Below, in pieces: positions 52,473 to 64,000 of a stretch of DNA of 64,000 nt (the stretch's first letter is position 1; every line of letters begins with the position of its first letter). Below the pieces are notes generated by a model that saw only the letters and a list, made by a program, of their open reading frames with translations, had not been told where the DNA came from and made no database searches. A program made the position numbers and the translations under genes. The stretch is from Phoronis australis (Eukaryota > Animalia > Phoronida), in NCBI GenBank assembly GCA_002633005.1, contig NMRA01000236.1, positions 494,861 through 558,860 on the forward strand, given 5' to 3'.

Positions 52473-53855
52473 GGCCCAATATTGCATAACCTCAAAGCAG
52501 ATTTAAGAAATAAGTGTCCTACTATGTTGACGTAATATTCTCATGGTGCTCAATGCTGTGCTCTGGCTATGTTAAGACTGTCTAGCTGAACTTTGTCTAG
52601 GGTTGTGTTTGAAGGCAGTATCAAGAATAGATGAACAATTTTCTCTGCTTATGTACAAAGTTCTTGTCACCGTTAACATTTTCAGTGGTCATTAGTGAAG
52701 AATGGCTTTGGAGTGCTGGGATAGTGCTGATTTATGTTTGGGAGATAAGAAATTTAAGAATACTGTCCCGAAATATAGAATCTTGCAGAGCCAGTCCTAA
52801 CCTTGTGAGAGCTATGAGGTAGACTTGACTGATCTCTTTTGCTGTCAACTGCATTTGTGTCATAGTCTTAAGAGACCTGGTCCTTGCAAATCGTAAAGAC
52901 CTACTAATTTCATTGGGCAATTTTGGCTTGGAATTGTGTTAGTGACTGGGGAAGACAGGTTGACTAAGGCTTTATGCCCATCTAGGTTACCTTCTTGTGT
53001 CGATACCTTTGAAGTGTTTTTTCAATGATCAAATTGTGCTGCTGACAATGAATAGTTTGACTTCTGTTTTAAAACTTATTTCCAGTGGGTGGCGCCAAAC
53101 AGAGGGTAGTTAACATTCAGAAATTGTATCGGGATGTTTCATCTTATTGATTATGTTTTTGTTTTTCAGAAGACCAAGAACTTCGTACTGTATGAACTTA
53201 GGTTGTATTTTATTTTGTAGTGTGATATAAATAAACACCATGTAATTAAATGAAAGCGTCATCAGTGTGAGATAACTAGGTCTTCTTACGTGTTTCATTT
53301 ATTAAATACAAAACATAAAAGATGAAAAATAAATGGAGTTCAGACATAAGATATTAAGTATTAAATTACACATTCTTACAGAGTACATTATCTCGATTTC
53401 AAGTACATTTTAGCCAAGTTTGGAATTCATGTATTGCAGTTGTCACAAGATTGCTTTGTCACTAAACAGCCAATAGGTGGCACAACTTGCATGTGTCATT
53501 TCTTCTATCACATTACTGCTGGACTCCTTAGCCTTGCTCAATAACTTGGTCGAAACTAAACACTTGTGAAAACAATGTAAGTAATTTGATTACATAGGCT
53601 GAGTGTAATCGTGAATTTCGCTTTTTGACTGGGCAGCCTGAACTTATTCGTAATGTGTTCACAGTTCAAGCTGACTTGTTTCTTAGTGCATGTGATCCCC
53701 GCTTTATAAACATTGTCAAAATAAAAAGAATACTACAGATATCATTTTGAGCAAAACCAATCGGTCTCAGAATCGTCAAATGACGGGAGTCGCTAATATC
53801 CGTTGCTTGGAGAAAAGCACGCTTGGAGTGCGCAATTCGTCTTGTTCAAGTTCAC

Positions 53856-56021
53856 TCAGCAGCCGAGATTTGAAAACCCTGCGTGGATGATGTTGTATTC
53901 TTGTGGTGAAGAGATGGGAGTATTTATGGGTGATTTTCTCAGTTTGGGGTCCATGTATGCTGCCCTCTGGGTGGTCTCCCAGCTGTTGCTAATTTGTTTG
54001 GTCTTTGGTAGATCAAGTTCGGGTTGATGAGACTTGAATGCCCGTGGGTGACGTTCTGAAAAATAAAATTAGCTCGCATTGGAGTGTAACAATAGCAGAG
54101 ATAAAATTAATACGATTTAGATGATGGTGGTGCCGCATGGCAATAATGAATCGCATGCATCACTATTGCACTGTAATATTGGAGATTTAAAGGGGCTTTA
54201 TCATAATTAGAGACTGACAAATGCTATTCTGAGATTTTTGTTGAATGGACTTTTTGAAAGGATTTGCTTTGACCAAACGATTAATCAACAAAGTTCGTTT
54301 TTTGTGATTTCAATACAAATCGGTCGTTTAGTCTGCGAGGCATTCGTTGAAATCCAGGCCAATGTCTTTACCATTTGAATATGCATAATACACTCAGTAC
54401 TATTTAAATTACCTTTCCCCCGAGAATGTTCTTTTAAATGATAGCAGTAAGCCCAACACTTTGAAATATAACTGCAACACTAATAGAACTCTCACAAATA
54501 ACTTCTCTTTTTATAAGCATTTACTATTTCTGATAGGTCGACTTGGTTTTGTACTGTGACGTTACTAACGGGCGGGGGATAACCTCAACGTCGGTATCAA
54601 ATAAGGAACTGCTAACCCAATCTTTGTCAGCATCCGTTACAAGCCACCAATTAGAGAATATACAAAACAAAAACGTGAAGTAAATCAAAGCAGGTATAAA
54701 TTCTAGGTACATAGTTTACGGCATGGCGAGTCTGAAGTCTACGCCAAAACACTATGCCACAGGGTAACGAGGCTCTTTTCCAATCGATTTGTTTGTCCGG
54801 TGTTAAATTGTCGGCACTTAAATTAAAAACTGCATTGTTGCTCCATTTATAAAACGCAGTTTATTTACCTTTTAAGTTAATTAATTCTTCGGGTACTTTA
54901 AACGGAGGGTCTGTGTTGTAGCTAGCACCTTGTGTCGTCTCGTAGTAATGGCCGTACTGTAAACAAATACATGTACATAATTTGACGTTCAATACCGCTT
55001 TATGTCAGCGGTGTGCGTTCATGTGGCTCCATGCGCCAATTAACAGCGGCAGGACAGGTTATGAGAGAGTGTTTCACGTAATTAAAAGTACTAAAAATGG
55101 ATTAAACGCACAAATTAAGTAGTCCAGTTTAAAACATGTTGTTTGCTTGCACTTAATTTGTGAAGCGTTGAGCGCGGCCGGATTGAGGAGTATCCGGACT
55201 CGGTTGTTCAGGGGAAGTGTAGGAGATAGCGTTGCCCCAAATTGTCAGCCCCCGCGCGATTGCCTCCAATTTTGTCTCCCTCCAGGTCGCATACCTCCTA
55301 GCGCGCCCTGGCTTCCTCACTTGCATGCGCTTAAATGTGTTATCACAAAAGTTCCCGTGTTCCAAATTTTAATGATCATGTAGTTGTTTTTACAAACTAC
55401 AGATATTGGTAAAACATTTCAGTTGTCGTTTTGAAATATTGCACTGAAATTCCAGCAACATGTTGTGATAACGAACTGATAGACAACTATAGAACTAGTA
55501 TTTTCACAATCGATGTGTTGCTGTTTGGCAGACGAGTCATGCAGATCGATTTTATGGTGAATGTCATCTTTCATAACTTACGTTACGTCGCCGTGGACAT
55601 ATTTTTGTCAGCTAGACTAGGATGCATGCCGTCCCAGATCTTAGTTGTTGAGCAAGATAACTTAAGTAGTTACTCGCGGTTCTCGGGAGCCCGGCCGTCA
55701 GTCGCATACCATATGATTAAGTTCAGAACTTCGTAGAATTTTTTTATTTTCAATTGAAAAATTTCAAAACAGTTTAGATACCAATTTGTGATCTTTTTCC
55801 AATTGAACACTTACCTGTGACGGAAGACGTTTTGCTTTCTTCTGCTCTTCGATGTCAAACCTATTTTCGCTCCAGTTTCCTATTAAAGTTTTATTGGAGT
55901 AACAGTCCTCTTGTGTTGTACATCTCCAACCGTACTGTGTAAATTTTAATTCCTCGTGTCCGTGGGTCCACACTTCACCTAACCCGGATGCTCTAACGAG
56001 CGATTCGAAGGGTACTGCCAT
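53856..56021 (-). CDS. CFAP68: Cilia- and flagella-associated protein 68 (C11orf1/UPF0686 homolog)
   Basis: Exons 56021-55815 (KFTQYGWRCTTQEDCYSNKTLIGNWSENRFD..LPSQ), 54956-54869 (YGHYYETT..SYN) and 54055-53856 (RAFKSHQPELD..*). All GT-AG and in phase. A 5'UTR intron is likely (donor about 56132, acceptor 56027). Confidence 0.88.
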
Positions 56022-56550
56022 AATTCTGTCAAAAATCAACGCTAGCTAACCGCCTTTGCACAACCGACTGGGCTATTGAACTAACTGGCAACAGCATTTC
56101 AATCAATAGCCTCGCACCTGATGTTTGCTTACCTTGTTGCTCAGGAGATGACCCTTGACCTTTATGTCTTAACTGTTATACTTTTATGCATAAATTGTTT
56201 AAAAATATCTATCTATCCATTAGAAATATTTGGGATTAGTACATTTTACAAAAATACTTATTTCTGTGCTTTAAACCATTGAATTACGGATTTACGGTAG
56301 ACATATTATACGCTTTGGTGCTGTTGATGTTCTTTTGTTGAATGCAACGCTACTTACAGCCTACCCTCTGACACAGCGCTACCTATCGTTTAGCACTGTG
56401 ATAGAGTGTACTTACAGCCATTTATTATCTCAACTTCCGCTTCCGTGTTACAATCAAAAGCATGAAGTGAAGGTGATCTCCAGTATGCAGCATGCAGAAT
56501 GCAGTAATTAATTTAAGTATCGAAACGTCTGCTTGACAATCATTGAGACG
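56022..56550. promoter_or_regulatory. Head-to-head (candidate bidirectional) promoter between CFAP68 and the archaemetzincin
   Basis: Divergent ATGs at 56021 (-) and 56551 (+). ETS-like cttccgcttccg at about 56434. X-box-like gttgc motifs near 56087 and 56136. Confidence 0.5.
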
Positions 56551-59003
56551 ATGTCATTGTTTCGTCGTTTATGTGTGAACAAAAACAATAATCACACACC
56601 AGCTCTTCGTCTTTTAGGTAAAACTGAGCGGCACGAAAGCAACGATGAACTCATTTGTAAATTACTGAACGATTCTTTAGATTTCCATAAGTACGCCCAT
56701 GATACCACATTTTGTGAAGGCGATGCATCAGTGGACGTCGAATCGCATATTGTTGGGAGTGGGAAAGATGCTCTTCCAATGCCTGTATTTCAGGTTTTGG
56801 ACTCAAACATCCAACTTAAGGGTGGACAAACGTTCAACATGTGGAAGGCTTCCTTGGATTTGACTTTCAGGCTTTATCAGCTGCGAAGAAAAAAACGAAT
56901 CTTGTACATCCAACAGTTAGAAGATTTTCCCTCCTTTATCTCCACCTTCAGCTTCCATGAGCAAAATTTCACTGGTCTCTTGGCACAATTCATGAAATTG
57001 TTTTTTCTTGGATTCGATGATGTGATTGTTTTACCACAGCTAGACATCACACATAGCGTGTATGGGATTAGAAAACGTAGCCACCCCATCAGTGGAAGTC
57101 CACAATTACTAGTCAGTGACGTTCAACAGTTAGTGCACCAAAGGAGACCAAGGAATGCTGTGTGTTTACTAGGCATCACGTGGACAGATCTTTATCCATG
57201 CGACGAGTTGAATTTTGTGCTTGGTGAAGGTTCGTGCAATTTGGAGAGTGCAGTGATGTGTTTTGGGCATTTTGATGCTAATGTACTGTTGCCCAGTTTC
57301 CAAGGAGTGTTGAAGGAAATACGTGAAGTTGATGGGTTCCTTTTATGGAAATTATTCAAGGTAAAGTCATAATAGCAGGCCAACTGCAATTTTAAAAACA
57401 ACCTAGCGACAGTGTTTTTTACTATGTTCATGAGGAGACTCTGTGCCTGATTGCATGAAACAGTCCCAATAAAGACTATGTTCCTGAATTCCTAATGTTA
57501 TTGAGAATAAATGGTTTAGCTTTTCATGCATCATTCCGAGGACTTAGTCCCCGTTTATTTTCATTGGAATAAGGGGATCAGTTCAGATAAAAGATTGTCA
57601 CAAAAAAGAGGGCTCACAATAAAGATAAAGTGATAGAATGGTTTAACTTTAGTGAGTAAACAGTCTTTAAATGCCCTGAAAATTCAGGGAACATAGTTAA
57701 GTCCCTATTGTGACTGCTTCATGCAACAAGCCTCTGGACTTCCTTAACTCTGTATACCAAGTATGTTTGTAATTTTTGTGTTTGAAAATTTGTTCTGTTA
57801 ATATGATGGGTATAATGAAAGAGACCACATGTTAGCATGACATGGTTTGCTAAATTTATGTTGTTGGTGGAGTGAGATGAGAAAAAAAACACTTTGACTA
57901 TCACTTGTTAAGTGCCAATTCATTGAATGACAGTCAAGTTGTCTATCTTTCAGTGGTGCTACAATTGTCATATAGTCACATACAGGGGTCACACATTTTG
58001 AGAACCAGTTCATGTTTGTTATTCTGTGGAATAAACTGGTTCTCAGTATACGGTCCCCAGTAAGTGACTATCAAAGTTATGGCAGTTTTGAAAAAGCCAA
58101 CATTTAGACAGTATGTAATGCACAAGTGCAGTGGAATGAGTATTGCCACTGACTGTTGGGCCAGTGTTACAGTGGCAAACTAATGTTTACATGAGTCCAG
58201 CTCTCTTATGGTCTGTTTTTATCTGATAAGCTCAGGTAATCCAGCAATTATGTTGTAAACATTGCGCCTGACACTAACCAATATTTAAAAAATTTTGCAA
58301 ATGGCTTTCAACAAATGTCGTGAAGTAGATGTGTCTTGTATGAAATACTTTCACCCAAAAACTTTGAATGGAGAAAAACGGATGACCTTCAGAGAAATTA
58401 AGACTTAACTTTCACCTGTTGATTCCTTTGTGTGACTGTAGCTAGCTCTGACCAGCTTAACCACAGTATTGTGTACCAACAGAAAAGGCTTGCATGACAA
58501 GTTTAATTGAGCGTGATTCTATATCAGATCAGTATAGTGGAAATTTCTTGACTTTTACACTCCAAGTGAATGGTGCACTGTGTTGAATGATGCCTTTTTA
58601 ATGGCTAGTTTTCGAAGAAGAACCAGTCCCCCTAAATTGTTTTTAACTCGGTCTTGTCTGATACTTAATTTATTTTATTTGGTTTTAGTAATCTTAACTT
58701 TTATTTTTTGTTTTTTTATTTTAGGTGATGAGTCATGAGGTATGTCACGTGCTGGGAATACAGCATTGCGTCTACTTCCACTGCTTGATGAACGAGAGCA
58801 CGTCACTGACCGAGGCCATGTCGCAGCCCTTTTTGCTGTGTCCAGTCTGTCTCAAGAAACTACGGAAAGTCTGCAAATTCGATGTAGTGCAGAGGTATCA
58901 ACTTCTCAGGGATTTTCTCTCCACAATAAATGACACATTTCCATACTCTGGTTTCACTGAAGCTGTTTCAACAATGGATTCGTTATTACTAGAGGCTAAA
59001 TGA
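56551..59003 (+). CDS. AMZ2: Archaemetzincin (peptidase M54, AMZ1/AMZ2-like)
   Basis: Exon 56551-57360 (GGQTF, ILYIQQL, CLLGITWTDLYP..NFVLGEG) and exon 58725-59003 with HEVCHVLGIQH-C-x4-CLM..CPVCLKKL, the metzincin zinc motif plus the Cys4 site. AMZ1 versus AMZ2 cannot be settled by eye. Confidence 0.9.
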
Positions 59004-62000
59004 ATGTGATCTAATGTTTTTGAAGGATGTACATGGCTATAGTAATGTTTATTAAGTTATTGCTGAAATCTCAAGAATATATCTCTAACCTATGTCGGTA
59101 CATTGATTGACATCACAAGAGCAACCATTTAGTCACAGGATGCCATCTTAAACTATTAAATTCACCTGGAGCACCCTATTCACGCAGTCGTCATACTACA
59201 AAGAGCCTCCTTTTAGGTAATGCATTCTGTGCTTCATCACAATGCAAAACGTGATCTTTCGTGTTTTTGCTTTCTTTCACTTATGTCGCAAATGCATTTT
59301 TTTAACCTAAAAGGCTTTTAAAAAAGTGTCTTCGTGAATAAGGTCTGTTGAGCATTTCCAACGATTTCAATGTCATCCAGTGAAGTTTATCAATTTCTGC
59401 TGCAGCTGCTTTGTTGCTCAAATAATTTCAGTGATACTAATTTGAAGTGAACATTTGCACATTGAAAGCAACTCCCTTTATCTCATCACCCGCTGCATAC
59501 GCAGGATACCAAGCATATATTGGTCCATTTATAAATTACACCTTCCACTGACAGGTCAAACTTAATTCTCAGATGGATTCAACGGGTAACCTTGGCACCA
59601 GTAGTTGTGTGGCAGACTTGAAAATGCGAAAATGTTAAAAAATTTTCTCCTTGTTTTGAGGTGACGGCTTGACTATTGTTAACTTAAGAAGTTAGATCAG
59701 CTTGTAACTCTATTGTGCATGGAACATGTCATCTTACTGGCTTCACTCGCCAGTGACTAGCATTAATGACTGCAGTAAAACACCAGTAGATGGACAATGA
59801 TAGACAGACAGGGATTTGACATTTTAAGCTACCTGTAATAATCATTTTAAGCTCAAAGGTACATCATTGCTTTAGTATGTTAGGGTAGCTTTACATTAAA
59901 ACCCTAGCTCTAATCTGTCTAGGTTATTGCCATGCTGTTAGTGTGGTGGTACAAGGGATAAAATTGAAGAACCTGCGTCGTTGTTTCATTATGAACGTGA
60001 ATGACGGTAACGCAAAAATAAGTGTACCAATTTCGGATTGTAAATCGTTTATGTAACCATTGTAATTTCACCAAGAATAGTTGAATTTCTGTTAAATATT
60101 CAACATTCAAATTCATTATTTCCGCTAATAGTTGTCATGTGCGTGGATACAGTCATGCAACGTGAATAGTTATTTCACTGATCAGAGTCATAAGTTTTAA
60201 ATTTGGCAATTCTTTGTTGAAAATAACTCATGGACCATTTTCTACGATGTTCACATAAAATGTGGACTCTTTTTAAAAACGATATAGATCATTTTTTGCA
60301 TTAAAAACGACTCGGGTCATCATTTAACGTTGAAAATGGTTGATTTTCTCCCGGAGTCAAAATTAATGCGTATTTGTTAATACTTGTTACCCGTGAGTTC
60401 AGTTTCCGATGTGTGCGTAGGCTTATTGGATTTGCATAGTGAACGAATATTGTAAAATTTCAACTAGTTCCACACTCCCGTACCTGCGCACAGTTCGTTC
60501 ATGCGAGTTTCCAATAGCTCGTGATAAGTCCGTGCTGCCAGGAATGCGTAACTAGGCAATGCCTTCCTGGTGCTGCCTGTACTATGACCATTGTAGTCCT
60601 GGAATACGAACTCCCGCACGTTTTGTATGTATTATTACCATTTGAGATTGTTTCTAAAATAATTTAATTTGTGCAATATTTACCTGTTGCGTAGTCGCCG
60701 TTTTTTGTAAATTCGATTTCTGAGAAGTAGACTTACTGTTATCTGTAGTATCAGGTGGTATTTGCCTAAACCTGCGAAATAATTTTTTAAAGAATGAAAA
60801 GTTTGCCTTCTAAAAGAACCCAGCCCAGTACTTCGTGTTGCTGACAACGTACAGTGTATTTCCCATTTGCCCCACTCTTGGCAGACAGTCCCACTTTTAT
60901 TTTTTCCGACATCCCGCCACACCATCTAAATGTCCCGCTTTAATTTCCCATGCGACATCGCCATATTTTCCGGCTCGACTAAAGAGAAAAACGGGCCTTT
61001 TCTTGGGTTTTTGCGGCACCCGCAATTTACCGTTCAATTATAAAAAAACTGTCGGGCGTTTTGGGGTATTTTATCTGCCGTTCGACAAAAAACGCTGTCG
61101 GCACGCCTTTGTATGTTGCTACGAACATTTCACCCTTAGGTTTTGGCTTAGAACCAGATGTCCCGCTTTTCATACTGAAGTAAACTCGCTTTTTCAATCC
61201 AGTTGTTCTGTTTTTTCGTTCTTGACTGTTGACCGTGACAACTATGCAACAGGTGACCGTGTTCAAAATAACATTGTCTCTTTCTATGAATATTGTTATT
61301 TTCCAGAGTCTACTTTCCTTCGAAACACAACAATCCTAAAAATGTGTTCCAGTGTCTCTTGGTTTACAGTAACACAGTATAAGCATCAGGATCACTTACT
61401 TTTACTTTCTGAAGAAAAGACCTTATTTCTAAACGTTTATGGAAAATTCTATATTACAACCCATGTAATGACAGATGTTTGCCCATTGTTATCCATCTGA
61501 AAACCTTTATCTGCAAATTTCGGATGTATACTTCGAGTAGTTTATTGAATTTTTCGTAATTTTAACTGCATTCTTAATTTTTACTGAATAATTGTACCAA
61601 ACGACACAAAAGGTCCAATTGCTTATTACATATAAAGATGTTTAATTTAGGATGAAAGCCAACAAAATTATTCGCAGCAAGTGTCAGGGATCCATTTCTA
61701 GAATCTTTATGAGGTAGAAATATTTTGAATCATTGAAATTATTGACCTAGTGGCTTAACTATTCAATTATATAACATCTCTGGTTCATTTCCTATTTATG
61801 TTACTACTACACCCTGTTATTTTTCACATTCAGGTAATTATATATCGTTTGCTGCTGATATAATCTTTATGCCATTAAGAACTGGTGGAAGGCTTTCTAA
61901 TGATACGACTCTCACGCAACTGGGTTGATAAGTGGCCGGGCGTTTTTGTGATAGTAAATTCCATAGCAATCCCAATTGCAAACAAATGCCAAGCGGCGCA

Positions 62001-62626
62001 ACCTCACCAGCGCAAAATCGACGTTGGCATTCCACCAGAGTTCTATCAAGGAGTGTAATGGTTGAGTGCTCTGGGCAAGAGCTCTATGCACGTGATATCA
62101 AGCCACCTCCATTAGCTACATTTTAGTCAAGTTGTCAATATTTTTTTCAAAGATCTGCAGCAAAAGCCTTGGCAAAGAAATCTTGCTTTGTAGTGTGTTT
62201 CATGTATGACCTATGATCGCTGCCGAGTTGTGCTTGAAAAAAAGATCATGAAATTAGGTCAAATTGGAAGCTTGATATCAGGTTACTCGAACGGCACGGA
62301 TGGGCCGCAAACGTTTTTCACTTAAAACATTCCTCACCCGCACCAAAGATGCCCGCACGCACCTGATAAACTCAGTTCATCCACTCAAAACAAGTGAAGA
62401 TACACCGACCGCTAACTCGGCTACGCACCGACCTCCAAACACGAAGCACGCAAACCGTGCGGCCTAGCTAACTCGATCCAGCTACGACCGCCACACTTTG
62501 CGTAGTGTGGATGCCGTAACAAGCTGCCCGGCACGGGGGGTCGGTGAGCTTTTTTATCAATCGGTGAAGTGAATTCATAGAGTCTGGAGTCGTGTTTAAA
62601 AGCGAAAGAGCTCCATTTTGGAGGAA

Positions 62627-63447
62627 GGAAAGGCTTTTTCGGGAATCGTGATAGGGTCGTTTTTGATCAAGGGCGTGATTCGGGAAATGAGGGCGAAAAA
62701 TGCCGTGTTCGGAAATGGAGATTTATTGGGACTGCGATCAAAACGAATTTGACTCCGGAAATCAGGAAAATGGACAAAAAATGGAAACCGGGAATGAGAC
62801 TCCCCTTTCGTCCTTTGTTTACGAGTACGGCAGCCGTGTTGTTCGGGTAGCCTACGTGTAGACACACATGCTTACGTGACGTTTCGCTGCGTTTGAAGAC
62901 TATGCTTTTGACAAGTTGTCAATCCGGGGTTTGTTGCCGTTCACTGACCAGACCTGGGCTGCGTTGCGTAGAGTAAGTTTCTTACGACTAGAAAAGCGAG
63001 ATCACGGAAAATTTTCATGTAAGAGCTGCATCACTCNGGAAAGGCTTTCTCGGGAATCGTGATAGGGTCGTTTTTGATCAAGGGCGTGATTCGGGAAATG
63101 AGGGCGAAAAATGCCGTGTTCGGAAATGGAGATTTATTGGGACTGCGATCGAAACGAATTTGACTCCGGAAATCAGGAAAATGGACAAAAAATGGAAACC
63201 GGGAATGAGACTCCCCTTTCGTCCTTTGCTTACGAGTACGGCAGCCGTGTTGTTCGGGTAGCCTACGTGTAGACACACATGCTTACGTGACGTTTCGCTG
63301 CGTTTGAAGACTATGCTTTTGACAAGTTGTCAATCCGGGGTTTGTTGCCGTTCACTGACCAGACCTGGGCTGCGTTGCGTAGAGTAAGTTTCTTACGACT
63401 AGAAAAGCGAGATCACGGAAAATTTTCATGTAAGAGCTGCATCACTC
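62627..63447. repeat. 410-bp direct duplication across the N at 63037 (probable assembly or allelic overlap)
   Basis: 62627-63036 matches 63038-63447, with 3 substitutions seen. Confidence 0.9.
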
Positions 63448-64000
63448 ACTTCCACCATTTTGTACCGGCGCTAGCGCATTGTAATGTTAGGATAGTTTTA
63501 GGAGCGCAATCGGCACAGACACCATGAGCGCGTTCATCAAATAAAGCTATCTTATCGTAAGGCTGTTATTTAATTGCTTAAAGCGGCAGATAAACCCGCG
63601 TTGTGTCCAAGAGGCGAACTTTTGATTTATATCACTTACAAGTATAAAATTGGTCTCAATTTGTTCCTTACTCAGATGAGAATTGATTTCTCTGTTTGCA
63701 AAAAACGAACAGTTCGTTATTCCTCGAGACCATGCTCGACGCATAACGATGACACGCCGTTACAAGTCAGTTTGTGGAGCTTGACCATGGCATCAAGCAA
63801 GAACGAACCGACAGTTCTTTCGCAGCCCTGAATTCGTATCCCAATTTGCCAGGGGAACAATTTGAGCCAATAGCTTAAAGGCGAAGGCAACCTTTTTTCA
63901 TGTCATTTTGAGCTAAAATAAGGTTGGTTGGTTATCCTAGACATATTTTCCACTTAATTACAGCTTTTCGTAATTTTGTTAATTAGTCGTCCGCTACTCC

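Noticed and set aside
60835-61500. 221-aa ORF
   Set aside because: No ATG start, composition typical of non-coding DNA (F/C/R-rich), and no motif or splice structure recognised.
62596-63278. Duplicated 66-89-aa ORFs
   Set aside because: They come from the 410-bp overlap at the N join, and no protein family is recognised.

Overview
Eukaryotic (invertebrate animal-like, AT-rich, spliceosomal GT-AG introns) genomic DNA, with two single-N assembly joins. It holds the 3' 18 coding exons of a USP25/USP28-family deubiquitinase (+, 27450-50299). Its Cys-box exon is not in the window, so 1-27449 appears to be one very large intron. Two antisense genes for secreted proteins are nested there: (i) a signal peptide / long coiled-coil / C-type lectin gene (7563-8) whose leader exon can join in frame to several alternative phase-1 second exons, and (ii) a single-coding-exon coiled-coil orphan (24279-23704). 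Downstream are CFAP68/C11orf1 (-) and an archaemetzincin (+), head-to-head. Introns carry MITEs, a Helentron-like element, minisatellites, and a TIR-bounded element holding an exact 169-bp copy of a downstream USP exon between 78-bp direct repeats. The duplications next to the N joins look like uncollapsed haplotypes. All gene models were built by eye from splice signals, phase and remembered family motifs; no searches were run.
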